From Gordius albopunctatus (lineage: Eukaryota), in NCBI GenBank assembly GCA_964276515.1, contig OZ193909.1, forward strand, positions 1,488,001-1,552,000: 64,000 bases of DNA, read 5' to 3'. The notes beneath the pieces are model-generated. The model saw only the letters and a list, made by a program, of their open reading frames with translations. It had not been told where the DNA came from and searched no databases. Positions 1 to 11,787 of this stretch are shown here, in pieces. Position 1 is the first letter of the stretch. Every line of letters begins with the position of its first letter. A program made the translations under genes and the position numbers.

Positions 1-77
1 AATATAAAAATGATTTACAAAATTGGCCTTAGGGTTCTTTTACCGGAGCACTAGTGGCCATTATAATGTCTCTTAAT

Positions 78-459
78 CATAGACTAGATAGACTGCCGTG
101 CCATATGTTAAATTGTGTGTCAAATTTTCCTCCATTTTGATTTACCTTCCTCACTAGTTTATAAATTTGATCGAACTTCACTAAATTAATATTATACAAT
201 ATAAAGATGACGGTATATTTTTATACAAACCTTTATCACAGTTTTTACATTTTTATATATTGTGTAAATGATATTTATTTTAGAATGCTGTTTTTGATAT
301 CTACCCAATTCAATACTTTTTTATTTACCTTTTTAAGATTATTTAATTTACAAAAATTACTAATTTCTATATAATCCCTACTTTACCATGTTATCATTAA
401 AATAGTGGAAAAAAGGGTTCACATTTTTGTGCGTTGATAAGCAGTCTATCTAGTCTATG
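78..459. mobile_element. hAT-type MITE
   Basis: Perfect 19-bp TIR CATAGACTAGATAGACTGC (78-96 / 441-459). 8-bp flanks ctcttaat / ctcttact match at 7 of 8 positions (TSD). Confidence 0.85.
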
Positions 460-1857
460 CTCTTACTTAACTTTACTACTATGTTATCAAAATAGGATAT
501 TTTAATTAATGCCTTTCAAAGGGAGCGAGGGAGAAAGAAAAGATTTCGCTAATTCATCACATACGGTTAAAGGTACTGTATTTTTTCATAGCAGATCATT
601 ATTAAAAATACCAAAAATTTGTTGCTCGACTCAATATTATTTAGTTGTTGATACACAGATCAAAATATCGTGCAACTCCCATTTAAAAAAATTTAATTTT
701 TTTTAAAGTTGTCACAATTATTTTCTAGCTCAACTGCGAAATTAGAAGTAAAAAAAATTATTAAAACAAAAATATATGTAAAATTATCAAGTGTAGTTTG
801 CTTAAATAAATGTATGGATGTTGATAGGAAAACTAAAAATAACGGGCTCTCTCCCCCCCCCCGTAATATAGATTAAGCAAGAAATAAAAAAAAACACCAA
901 TTTTTATTTTTGAATCCTCCTATTCCGCCCATACCTTTTTTAGTTGATAAAAGTTTCACTTGAAATTCTTCATTTTAAAGCTTATTTGCTGTTTGTTGAT
1001 AATTCCCTCAGGAAGGTATAAATGACAAATTTTGAATAAGAATTGGAAGGGATAAATAATAACATCATCAAGCCTGTAACCAAATTATGACATTTTGTGG
1101 ATGCTTAATGCTGTCTTTGTATATAAAAATTTTATGGTAAGTTTGTTTGTATGTCTTGACAAAATATGCAAAAGTATCTTTGAAGGTAGTGTATGTAGTG
1201 TGGGCTAATGATGCCTCTTTTGCAAAAAATGACATTAGAGTTGTCAGCATTTTTTGGGACATCATTAGGCTCTTTGAGCTTCTTTTGAAACAAACAATTC
1301 AAATTTTGCAAATTACCATTTATCACATATCATTCATCTCAAACATGAGGTTAAAGACATGTTTAAAGTAAGTTTCCTTGATGTTAAAATTTAAGCTAAT
1401 TTTTTCCCTACATTTGCGCTAAATATTTACACATCTTCCAACATAAGTTCTAATCTTACATCTATTAAAAATTTGATAGTAAATATATTTATAATTTAGG
1501 CCAAAGTCAAAATAATTATATAGATCTTTATTACATAGTTTTGAGACTTGTAAACTTCAGAATTTAACTCGACTCAGAGTATCCAATACAATTTAATACT
1601 TAAACCATCCTTCTTTAAATTGCATTATTAGAAACAAGACCCATAAAAAAAATTATGATTAAGCTTAAGAAGTATTTGGAGGGATTGTTGTTTCTAAATG
1701 ATAAAAGAGATCGGTCATTTTGAAATGTTAGATTTAGAGCGAATTAAATGACAAAATATATTGTAAACAATAGCTTTTATTTGATTTTATATAAATCAGA
1801 ATATTGGAATAGGTTGGCATAAAATATGATAAGAAGAAGATAAAGATAAAAATTTAT

Positions 1858-3499
1858 ATGGTGGCCACACTTTTATTGTCAAAGGGGACACAATTAATAT
1901 GTAAAAAGTAAAAGTATTTAAAAAACATTATCTACGAAACGTCATGTACCAAATAAAATAAACTTTAAAAACAAATTTTTTTTAAGGTTACTCACATTCA
2001 CGCTGTATTCTGCAATGATTCTCGTTTCCATAACTTGGGTTACTTACCATTCAATTCATGAATCCATCTATACTTCTACAAATGCAACGTCAATCAAACA
2101 GATTCCTAAAATTTTATTAAAATCAGCACTTCTGACTAGCTTAAGGATAAAGCATCAAGATAGTAAAAATCTCTTGAATCAGACTTCCTGGCGGCGCTTA
2201 GATCCAAATATTACATCTCTCTTTCTCCTATCGGCTTATTACATTTTAGATGCCGTGAGGGGTAATCATTCCATTCGTATCATATCCGTTATAAACGATG
2301 AGTTTAACGATAAACATATTGAATGCTTCACATACAGTGCATCTTCCACAGGCCTGGTCAAGCTCCCCTTAAGAGTCAAACTACTGCGCGAGCACAAGGA
2401 TATGCCATATAAAGCAGCTTATTTGGATTGCCAACTAGGCCACGTTAATTTCTTTGATCTCCATCCTTATTACAAACCCACCGAAGTTATGATAAAATCC
2501 ATTGACCACAAGTTTTCGATTAAAAATCAAACGGATTTTGTAATCTTACCAGTAACCTTCGCGGATCATATACAGCGATTAGCTGACTTAAAAATGCTCC
2601 ACTTTGCCCAAAAATACTCTCGTTTACAAGCTTTAGAATCTAAAATTAAAGAGGAATATTACACTAACGATAAAAATGCTATTAAATTAGCCGTGTGCGT
2701 TAAACCACTCCATGGAACTGTAGGCAATGGTTCCCGACTAATCGAGTTTGTCGAGATGTATAGACTCTTAGGTGCGTCCCACTTTACACTGTACATATAC
2801 GATACGTCACCCTTAGTCGACAAAATAATCCGTTATTACGAGACTTTAGGTTTGATGGAAACGATCCAATGGGATTTGCCCCGAGAGCTACTTCATACTC
2901 AAAGAATTTTTTGGGACGGCCAAACTGCTGCTTTTCAAGATTGCGTTTACAGATACAAACACCAATCAAGCTACGTTGCAGTAGTAGACATTGATGAATT
3001 TTTAGTCCCTACTGCTTTGGGTCAAAGATTGGATCTTTTAATCCCCATTACGCTACTTTCATTTTTGAGCCGGATACATAAGACTTACAAGGGCAAGATG
3101 TGTGGGAGTTTTCAATTTAGGAACGCATTTTACGACACGACAAAATGTTTGAGTTATTCCTCTAAAGTCAAAAAAGAAGGAGGTATTCCTGTGTTGTCAA
3201 TGTCTTGCCTTTGGCGACAAAACCACATTTACGCCACAAACAAAAGATCTAAGGAAGTTGTAATTCCTGATCTCATTGATGAAATGGGAAATCATTTAAC
3301 TAAGAATTATGTTTATCACACTTTTACAAGATGCTCAGTTCCGATTGAATTAGCGCTTAACAGGCATTACAGAATACCAATGCTGAAGGATAAAAGTATT
3401 CGGCGTTCGTCCTTGATTCGTGACGTATCAACTTTGATTTATAGGGATAAGTTAATGGCAAGAATCAAAAACACCATTAAGAAAGTATCTGGCATATAA
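1858..3499 (+). CDS. Glycosyltransferase family 92 (DUF23), GALT-1-like beta-1,4-galactosyltransferase; exons 1858-1907 and 1987-3499
   Basis: GT92 motifs in the ORF: LAVCVKPLHG, LIEFVEMYRLLGASHFTLY, QTAAFQDCVYRYK, VAVVDIDEFLVP (DxD). A 79-nt GT..AG intron (1908-1986) joins MVATLLLSKGTQLICK in frame to LLTFTLYSAMILVSITWV, giving a type II membrane anchor. Confidence 0.9.
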
Positions 3500-3679
3500 C
3501 TGTTTATTGATTTACAAGTAAAATGTACGGCCATCAGTTGGCAATGATGCGTGTATAGAAATTTTGTTGGATTTATTCAATCTTTTAAATATTTGTTAAA
3601 CGTCATTGTTACTTCAAAACAATTGTTATTACTATCAAGTCTATTCAGGACTATACGAATTTTTGCTTGAATACAGTTT

Positions 3680-3811
3680 CATGCGCGTAGCCAGCATTGG
3701 AATTTGAGGGGCGCAAAATGATTTAGGGAGAGGCAAAATGAGGATTTTTTGAAAATTTAGCCATAAATTTATTAAATTTCAACAAATTTTAGCCGCCCCT
3801 CCCTGCCCCCT
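3680..3811. mobile_element. Partial copy of the CA(T/C)GGGCGTAGCC-TIR hAT MITE family
   Basis: Starts catgcgcgtagccag; the body matches copies at 21785, 42351, 60106 and 60990. The other end is missing. Confidence 0.6.
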
Positions 3812-4650
3812 AAAAGTTCATTGAAATTTATGAATTAATAATAAGATGCTTCTATATGTAGCTATGCATTGGATAAGCAATATTGAGTATTATAAATTTG
3901 AAGCGGACTTAAATTTGTGATCATATAAAATCCAATAAATGTTTATTACAAATATTATCTCCGAAAATTTAAAAACAATAAATGTCATACTACATGTACC
4001 TTATAACCTGCTCCTTCATACAAAAAATAGTTTTTTAAGTCTAAAATATATTAACTCTGGTTATAGACAATTTAAAGCGATCGAAAAGGAAAAAAATATT
4101 AAGCGCGGTAAACACAATCCAATTATTATTTCATTATATTCATGCAATTACGGCCAAATTGAATTTCATAATTGGGTAGGCAGCTCTCATAAACAAATTA
4201 AGATACAGTGGTGTCTAATAACTTATCGTTCTAGAGTGGGGCGCGCAATAGATAGTATCTTTAAACCCATAAATTCAAAAGTAATATATGAACAAACGCT
4301 GTCCTGACATACCCTAGTGTAGTGGAAAGTTTAGAAATTTTTTATTGTCCTTTTTTAAAAGTCCGAAGGTCTCATGTAATTTTCCATCCAAGTCACCATT
4401 AGCCAATGTGTGTCAAGCTCGCTGACGACAGCGTGATAATCGAGTTGTCATTATTCTTCGTTGCATAAGCAAACCAAAGGTTTACTTTAATCTGATTATG
4501 TTTAGTCGAACAAAACCAAAGATCGACAAAACAAAACCCAGGCGTTTTTACAACGCTAGTTTTTATATTCTAGGATTAACTTGCCTGGTATTGCGTTTTG
4601 ATTTTTATTAGTAAGATGAATTACCTAAATTTTTAATATTTGAATTTTTT

Positions 4651-4725
4651 GGGCGGCTTGGTGGTATAGTGGGTACATGTTTAGGCTTTGAAGCAAGAGG
4701 TTGCCGGTCCGCTACCACCTTCGGA
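4651..4725 (+). other. tRNA-derived (SINE-like) head upstream of the RTE 5' UTR
   Basis: A-box TGGTATAGTGG (4662-4672), Gln-like anticodon loop CTTTGAA (4686-4692), degenerate B-box GGTCCGCTACC (4706-4716). No acceptor stem closes. Confidence 0.55.
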
Positions 4726-5186
4726 ACTTATTTCAAAGATTAAAAATATCTCACATCCACGGCTCTCAGGTCTGGATAGCCGAGCGTCACCCCTGATCCA
4801 AATGCTATATGAAAGTTAAGAATAATGAAAGTAATGAAAGCGCTAGGGCGTCCCCCGTAAATGAAGCGCATGGTAGGTGCTCGTATCATGTGAAAAGTCA
4901 ACGAGGGTCACTACATCTTCCGCAAATGTTTATAAGAAACTAGTTTGCTATGGACGAGATTGAGAGTGAGCTCGCTAAATGTTGGAACGATGATTGCGAA
5001 ATGCCGAGAAGTTGCTGACACCCTAAGCAAGCGATTCGATATAGCCTGTATACAGGAAACAAGGTGGAATGGCGCAAAAGCAAGGATGATTGGTGAAGGC
5101 TATAAACTTTACTTCAATGGCTTAGAAACGAATAAAAATGACGTGACAATCATAGTCTCACATCTGCAAGATAAAGTCATTGAGGT

Positions 5187-6219
5187 TAGAGCCTTGCACG
5201 GGCTGCCCGAAGCCCTACCCGGCCCAACCCGATCGGGCTTCGGGCCGGGCTGGGGCAGAATTTAATAAAACAATCGGGCCCTGCGTATAAAATATAAACA
5301 AACTTAACTACTAGGCCTCTCTCCCTCTCTACTATCAACACACACCACATATCATCAATCACTCACATGCACTAAGGGTATAGTGTTATATAAGGATATA
5401 TGCCAATGAGATAGAGAGGGTGGGAGGCTCAAAGAGTGCCGCAATTTCGCATAGGCTTAATTGCATTTTTGATATATATGAAAAAGTAATAAAAATAGGG
5501 GAAATAAATTATTTCTAAATTTTTTACGCTAAGTTGGTTCTACCACTTAAAGTTTAAAAATTTTTTTAGCTATTCAATTTCGCCCTATAGAGCGTCAAAA
5601 AGGGCCAAAAACGGTCATTTTCACAACTTTAAATCAAAATATTTCAAAAACTTGACGTATAGGGAAAAAACAAAAAACATATTTGTGTTCACCACAAATA
5701 ACTCTATCAGAATATGTTGACCGTTTCTCGGTTGATTTTTTTTGTAGACCTGTGCTATCTTCGTAAACAATACATAATATAGGTTCCAAGCTTCAGCTTT
5801 TTTCCCTGTCTATTTTAATATTTTGCCTTAAATTACAAATCTCATTCTAGTATTAAAATATTTTTAGAGTAACTGTTACTTTAGAAATAAAATAAGGAAA
5901 TATTTTAACAAGTTTTTTATTTGGAACTGTTAGATAAAACATATCTTATAAAGTTAGATATCCAGTTTTAAATTATTAGCTGAATAAATTGTAGCGAGTG
6001 AAAATGAAAATTTTATTTTAAACTTATCCTAGTTGTAAATTATAAGTAATAACAATTTAATTCATTAATAATTTTCAAAAATTTTAAAATAAATTTTTAA
6101 AATTTTCTATTTGAAAAATCGGGTCGGGCCCAAAATAAAAATGTTGTTCGGGTTCGGGCCGTGCTCGGGCAAAACAAAAAATAACGCGTCGGGCCGGGCT
6201 CGGGGGGGGGGGGGCTCTA
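5187..6219. mobile_element. Non-autonomous hAT-like element with GGCCCG subterminal repeats, inserted in the RTE
   Basis: Ends TAGAGCC...GGCTCTA, with clusters of (G)GCCCG/CGGGCC at both ends, like the element at 31429-33420. Only ggt is duplicated at the flanks. Confidence 0.75.
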
Positions 6220-6730
6220 GGTAGAAAGAAAAAGTGGGCGACTCATGATGTTGAAACTATGCATAGAAGGTCAAATGATTAATGTAGTTTCCGGATATGC
6301 TCCGCAAACAGGATGCACAGATGAAGAAAAGGAGGACTTTCGGGAAGAATCAGACGAAACGCTGGGAATGATACCCAGAGCTGAGATAGTTATAATTGGA
6401 GCGGATATGAATAGTCACGTAGGCAAAACAAGAGAAGGATTTGAACGGTACCATGGTGGACATGGATACGGAGCGAGAAACGATGAAGGCGACGAAATAT
6501 TGAAAATAGCCGTAGGATTTGATTTGATCATCACAAATACCTTCTTCAAAAAGAATGTAAGTCACCTAATAACGTACAAAAGTGGAAATCGATCTTCACA
6601 GATTGACTTCCTCCTAATATCAAGAAAGGAATTAAAGAATGTACGCGATTGTAAGGTTATACCAGGTGAGGTATGTGAATTGTGATGGACTATACCATGT
6701 CCAAGTAGAAAACAAAAAAACCTAAGAGAT

Positions 6731-7848
6731 TAATGATGCGGAAAACCGAGAAAAATCTCGGTCTCGTCTCGTTGCAAAAAACCGAGACGAGATTTTATCA
6801 GCGAGATCTCGGCTTAATTTTTGTTTTTAACTATTGAGTCTTAATTTAGCTAATTAGGTATTTTATTTTATGAGATTTACATTTAGGATATTAAATGCAA
6901 ATTAATTCGATTTGACCATCATAGGGATTACTATAAACTCTACCCTACTCGCGTTAATAAGGTATCAAAACTACACTAAATATTTTTCAGCCAACCCAGA
7001 TGCTTCAGGAATAGTAAGCATTTGAAATTTATTATATATAAAACATATTCTTTAAAAATGACTAAAAATTTTTTTATATTATATATTATGTAATTAGTTA
7101 TAAAATAATATATCCACTAACGCATTCGACAATTTTCATAAAAGATCACTGAATTTTTTGCAAAATGCTGCAATTTACCAATAAATTAAAAAATATGAAC
7201 ATAAGCTTTATTATAAATGAATTAAGTAATTATTTTGTTATATATAATGGGATGTCACACTATAATAAATATTGTTTAAATTTTCTATTTAACAACATTA
7301 ATTAAATTATATATGCAATCAACGTAAGATCTCAAAGATCTTATGTTCTTCCAACAATAGTGCCTATTTCATTGTATTTACAATGTTCAGATAATTAATT
7401 GTTATAAATAATGATATGATTTAAAAGTCTACTCTCGCATTTTCGTCACTATTTTAATGTTATTTATATAAGATTTCAATAAATTCATTATGTTAAAATA
7501 TTATTAAACTTTATACTTTTAATGAGTCATAGCTAAGAAATATAATTTATTAATTAGCAACTTTAAACCTTCGAATCATCTAATATATAACACATATATT
7601 AATGCTTCCTACCTTAAGTTACTCATCTAGCTTGTGTTTTGGGGTTTGATATAAAAAATTGGTTCCATTTTGACAAATTTATATCTTATCTTATATAATA
7701 ACTCATAAGAGCCAGAAAAAATATATAGGGTATAATATTTTTTGAAAGTGGAGACGAGATCGAGATTTTTCTAGGCCGAGACGAGATTTTAATAATCGCA
7801 TCCGAGACGAAATTTTGCTTTCGAGACCGAGACGAGATCGAAACACTA
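6731..7848. mobile_element. MITE-like element with CGAGAC subterminal repeats
   Basis: Clusters of ccgagacgaga/ctcgtctcg at 6745-6810 and 7750-7840 around an AT-rich core; hAT-like ends taatgatg and aaacacta. No TSD found. Confidence 0.55.
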
Positions 7849-7852
7849 ATTC

Positions 7853-8366
7853 TAATCGAGGAATGCCTGCCCCAAAAATGAGTTGATCCCTTATACGAGA
7901 TTCAACATCTGTTTTGAAATTACAGGACTGCACAATAGTACTTAATTTTCTATAAAAAACCAGATCGACTCACCATATGTTCGTTTTGATCTCATGGGAT
8001 CTATCCTGGCTGAAAAAGCTGTAAACTTTTTCTTACAAATTTTGCGTATGGCACAAAAAATTTCTTATCAATCCGCATCCTTGAATAATTTAGGATAAAT
8101 GAATTGGGATAATTTTTGTAAACTTTCCAAGCCGAAATAAGCTCTAATCAGCTTCTTCTTTGCCGAATTCGACGAAATCCCTGCAATATCGAGTTTTGCA
8201 TCAATGTGATCTATATATAATTCGATATCGTCTTGTGTTGGATCGAAACTGGGTAATGTAATTCTCCCCAGTTTTTCATTCTCCGAATTCGCAATCATAA
8301 TCCTATCGATTGCGCCAGAATGTTGGATCTAAATAATGGTTTATTTCCGAATCAAGCGCGAACACA
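7853..8366 (-). mobile_element. Ty3/Gypsy remnant: LTR end, PBS and disrupted gag
   Basis: The minus strand reads ...AATAAA...CCAACA, then TGGCGCAATCGATAGGAT (tRNA-Ser-like PBS, 8300-8317). Gag-like segments follow: LPSFDPTQDDIELYID...IYPK, and CNFKTDVESRIRDQLIFG after a stop. Confidence 0.75.
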
Positions 8367-8680
8367 TGTTAGTACCATTACCAAAAGATAGATGATTTGT
8401 TGTAGTGTTTGTAATAGATTTAATTTATAAAATAACACGTCTTATATATATATACAACAGTATTGTCTCATTTGAATGTAAATGATAAAGAGTATTTGAT
8501 TTTGACACCTATCCATAAAAACTATTATACTAGAAGGAGTTATAAGTTGTTTGATTTGAAAAATTCGATACCTGTGAGAAAAACATTGATGCATTTATAT
8601 AATTACAAATTAACACATACTTTATTATTTTCATTACATTATTTTTTTTGGTGGGGGAATAAACATTTTTGGAACTAAAA

Positions 8681-9562
8681 TCAGATGGCGGCATGATAGT
8701 GTGAAGCATGCACGGCCTCGGGTAATAATAGTGGCATCATTTGATGATTACTAACAACATTATAAGTGAAAGGATATGGGTGCTGCTGCTGCTGGCTTCT
8801 TGGGATGGGATTAGTTGCTGGCATCATTTGAGGTTGTTGGACTGTTATTGGTTGCTGTTGCGGCGCATATGGGACTAATTAAGAAGAGTTAGAATTAAAC
8901 GAATTGTGTGAACGTTTAATTACCTGCAACTTGTTCTTGAAATGTGTTGATCTTTCCACGACACTTAATAAAAATAAAGGAGGATCATTTATCAATGTAG
9001 TAGTAGTAGTATTTAATAATATACTTTCAAAAAGTTGAGTAAATGCTCTAGCCTTGGATCGTGAGTACCGATCTCTTCACAATTTGTCATGTAAACGTAT
9101 ATATTGTGCAAACATTGATTAAACCCCACATCGGCATACTTGTCGAGAGTGTTCATTAATCCTTCACCAGTCATATTACCACCTAACAACAACTAACTAC
9201 ATCACGTGATTAGCTTAGTATACTTCTCTGAAGAGTTATCATTTGCCAATTAATTGTTTTGAGATGTTGTAACAAGCTATTCACAACATCTAATTTAGTC
9301 ATCAATACCTCTTCTCCTTCTTCCTATCAAATTTTGTTTATATGCAATTACAAATGAGTATATGCTTCTTACATCAATGAAATCTCCTGTGTCAGGGAGA
9401 AACTTTAAAATACGATTCAATAAATAGTTTGTTTTCTTATCCTGACTTTTCCTTTTACCAGGAGATTCACCTAGATTCTAAATAACGTTTTCATAAATGA
9501 ATAATTATTATATATATAAATTGAAATACTGAGTAAAATGATGTGTTTGTAGAAGAATCCAT
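8681..9562 (-). CDS. Divergent bHLH-Orange (HES/HEY/HELT-like) transcription factor, 209 aa; exons 9562-9530, 9477-9373, 9323-9224, 9182-9025, 8963-8924, 8874-8681
   Basis: Five GT..AG introns (52, 49, 41, 61, 49 nt) give one open frame from ATG to TGA. HLH-like KRKSQDKKTNYLLNRILKFLP...MTKLDVVNSLLQHLKTI; Orange-like YADVGFNQCLHNIYVYMTNCEEIGTHDPRLEHLLNFLK; P/Q-rich tail; no WRPW. Confidence 0.8.
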
Positions 9563-9754
9563 AATATATTTTAAGCAATCATTTGATAAACAAAAATTAA
9601 GCTCATTGTTGCGCCATCATCATATGTATTGTGAATCAAAAATACAATAAGAGCTTGGTTTAATAAGCCCGTTAATAAAATATTTGTTTGGAATGATAAC
9701 ATATGATAGTGATTTGTCACAATTTCTTTACGAAAGTGTTTGTTATTTATTTCC

Positions 9755-10420
9755 AAGAGATTAAATGGGAAAATCGAATGGTACCGGCTACCAAAATTGA
9801 AAGATATTTACAACCGAGATAAAACTGAATATGTATGCTTGGAGTCGGGTATGGAATTCAAATATCTTGATTATAGGGTACAATGTAATGGGTGTGTGGA
9901 AAACGAAATTAAGGCAAGAATAAAGGCAGGCTGGCTGGCTAAAATTCAGGGAATTGAGTGTTGTCCTATGTGACAAGCACATACCACTCAAATTGAAAGG
10001 ACCGTTATATAACACCGTTATTGTACTCCACGGTATTGTATGGAGCGGAAACTGGGCAAATAAGGCAAAAGAGGAGCCAAGCTTGGCTACAATGCAGATG
10101 CGAATGTTGAGATGGGTCTTGGGAATAAGCAAAAAGGACCATATAAGGAATCAAGACATAAGGGAAACTAAATGTTGTTCCGATTCAGAGAAAGTTGGTG
10201 GTAAGAAGATTGAGATGGTATGGCCATTTGGAGAGACGGGAGGAAAGTCACTTGGCAAATCGTATCAAGAAAGTGAAAGTCGAAGGTAGGCGAAAGAGAG
10301 GGAGGCCTAAACTGACATGGAAATATGGACTTGAGAAGGTACGAGCTAATGCGAAGCTGGTGTAAGTGCAGGAATACGCGGAGAACCTACTTGAAGGAGA
10401 TGACCACTAAATGTGACAAA
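9755..10420 (+). mobile_element. 3' fragment of an RTE-clade LINE (RT C-terminal region), frameshifted
   Basis: Segments FKYL, EIKARIKAGW, VLCDKHIPLKLKG, MRMLRWVLG..KKDHIRNQDIR, RLRWYGH, GRRKRGRPKLTW across frames. Confidence 0.85.
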
Positions 10421-11585
10421 CAGCTATAGTGAAAAATATATATGAATTGCTTAAAAAAAGAATTTTGAATCATATTTATGTATAACTCAAATGAATTTAT
10501 AATACCATCCGGGGGATTAACATCTATAAAGTCATGTTGTAAGCTCAATAAAGCTATGGGAGAGAACCTATCTTATCCTATTCTAGAACGAAGATAAGTT
10601 TTAATCCGTTTTACCAACGAGAAGGATCTTTCGCATGAACACGAAGTTATTAATTTCTAAAATTGCCTTTTTGTTTTTATGATCTCAAGTATTTCATTTT
10701 AAAATTGTTTTTTTGATGTAAATTAAATAAAATGGTTCTAATTCAATGTAAGAAAGGAGTCTCGATGGTGCAAATTTCTATCTAAGTTTGATTTTTTGTC
10801 GCACCCGGTCAAAACAAAACCGAAAATTGAATAGCGAAGCGTAAACCTAGTTAAGATCACGAAAAATGGTTTATACATTTTATATAAATTTTATTGAATG
10901 TAATATAAAAGTGGTGGTGCGGGATAGTCGCAAATGAAAAAATAATAGATTTATTTTTAGATAATCTTTTTACAAAAAAGCCGTTGGCGAAAAGTTAGAG
11001 TAGAAGATAATGTTTTTATTTTAATTTCTACCTTAAATTATTCTTAATTCGAATATGTCCAGATTTTAGGTTTAATATCCTTCGTGTAGATCCTAAGGAT
11101 AATTAGAGCCTTGCATCATAAATCTCAAGGGATATGGGTCTATTATTTTACTTGTGTAATTTTTTATAATGGTTTGTCGGCTGGCTTTGCGGTGGGTTGG
11201 CCGTTAAGTCAGTTAAATTTTTGTCGGAGATTAACACAAACATGGCTCTAAAATAAAAACACAGGTCTACAAAAAAACCATTTCGCAATCGGACCTATAA
11301 TTCTGAGCGAGAATTTTGCGCTGAACAAGAATATGTTTTTAGTTTTTTTTCAAAACTTCCAGTTTTTAAGATAAACTAGGCTGAAGGTGCAAAAAATGCC
11401 ATTTTAATCTTTTTTTAAAGCTATATTGGCATGGCAAATTTAATTTATAAAATATTAATTTATTCCAGTAGATTAAGGTGTCAAGGCCCATTATTATTCG
11501 CGTTTACAAGAACCCTTTCCCCTATTAAAAATTCGTTCCACTATGGTTGTAAATGGAATACATAGCGTACGCGATGTTTATAAAC

Positions 11586-11787
11586 TAGTGTTGTAAAAAC
11601 GGGTGGGTTTTGTGTGTTCGACCTTTGGTTTTAGTCAACGGAACATAAACAGACTAACGACCAAAAAAGCTTTGGTCTATTTTTTCTCAAAAATCGACCA
11701 AATGTTTTTTGGTCTTTAGTCTGTTTATGTTCCCTTGACTAAAACCATAGGTCAAGTAAACAAAACCCAGCAGTTTTTACAACACTA
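11586..11787. mobile_element. Palindromic MITE with TAGTGTTGTAAAAAC TIR; partial copies at about 4490-4559, 14616-14662 and 22127-22600
   Basis: The element folds back along nearly its whole length: tagtgttgtaaaaacgggtgggttttg ... caaaacccagcagtttttacaacacta. Confidence 0.8.

Larger units (their letters stand above)
4651..6720 (+). mobile_element. 5' part of an RTE-clade non-LTR retrotransposon (5' UTR plus AP endonuclease), split by an insertion at 5187-6219
   Basis: Endonuclease motifs RVSSLNVGTM, DIACIQETRW, VVSGYAPQTG, IIGADMNSHVG, SQIDFLL. Removing 5187-6222 restores DKVIEVERKSGRLMMLK in frame. Confidence 0.9.

Noticed and set aside
960..1420. Overlapping short ORFs on both strands
   Set aside because: No recognisable motif and no consistent splice model.
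4651..4725. Functional tRNA-Gln gene
   Set aside because: The acceptor and T stems do not pair, the B-box is degenerate, and no poly-T terminator follows.
9765..9771. ATGGGAA Su(H)/CSL-like site upstream of the bHLH-Orange gene
   Set aside because: A single short match lying within the LINE fragment; expected by chance.
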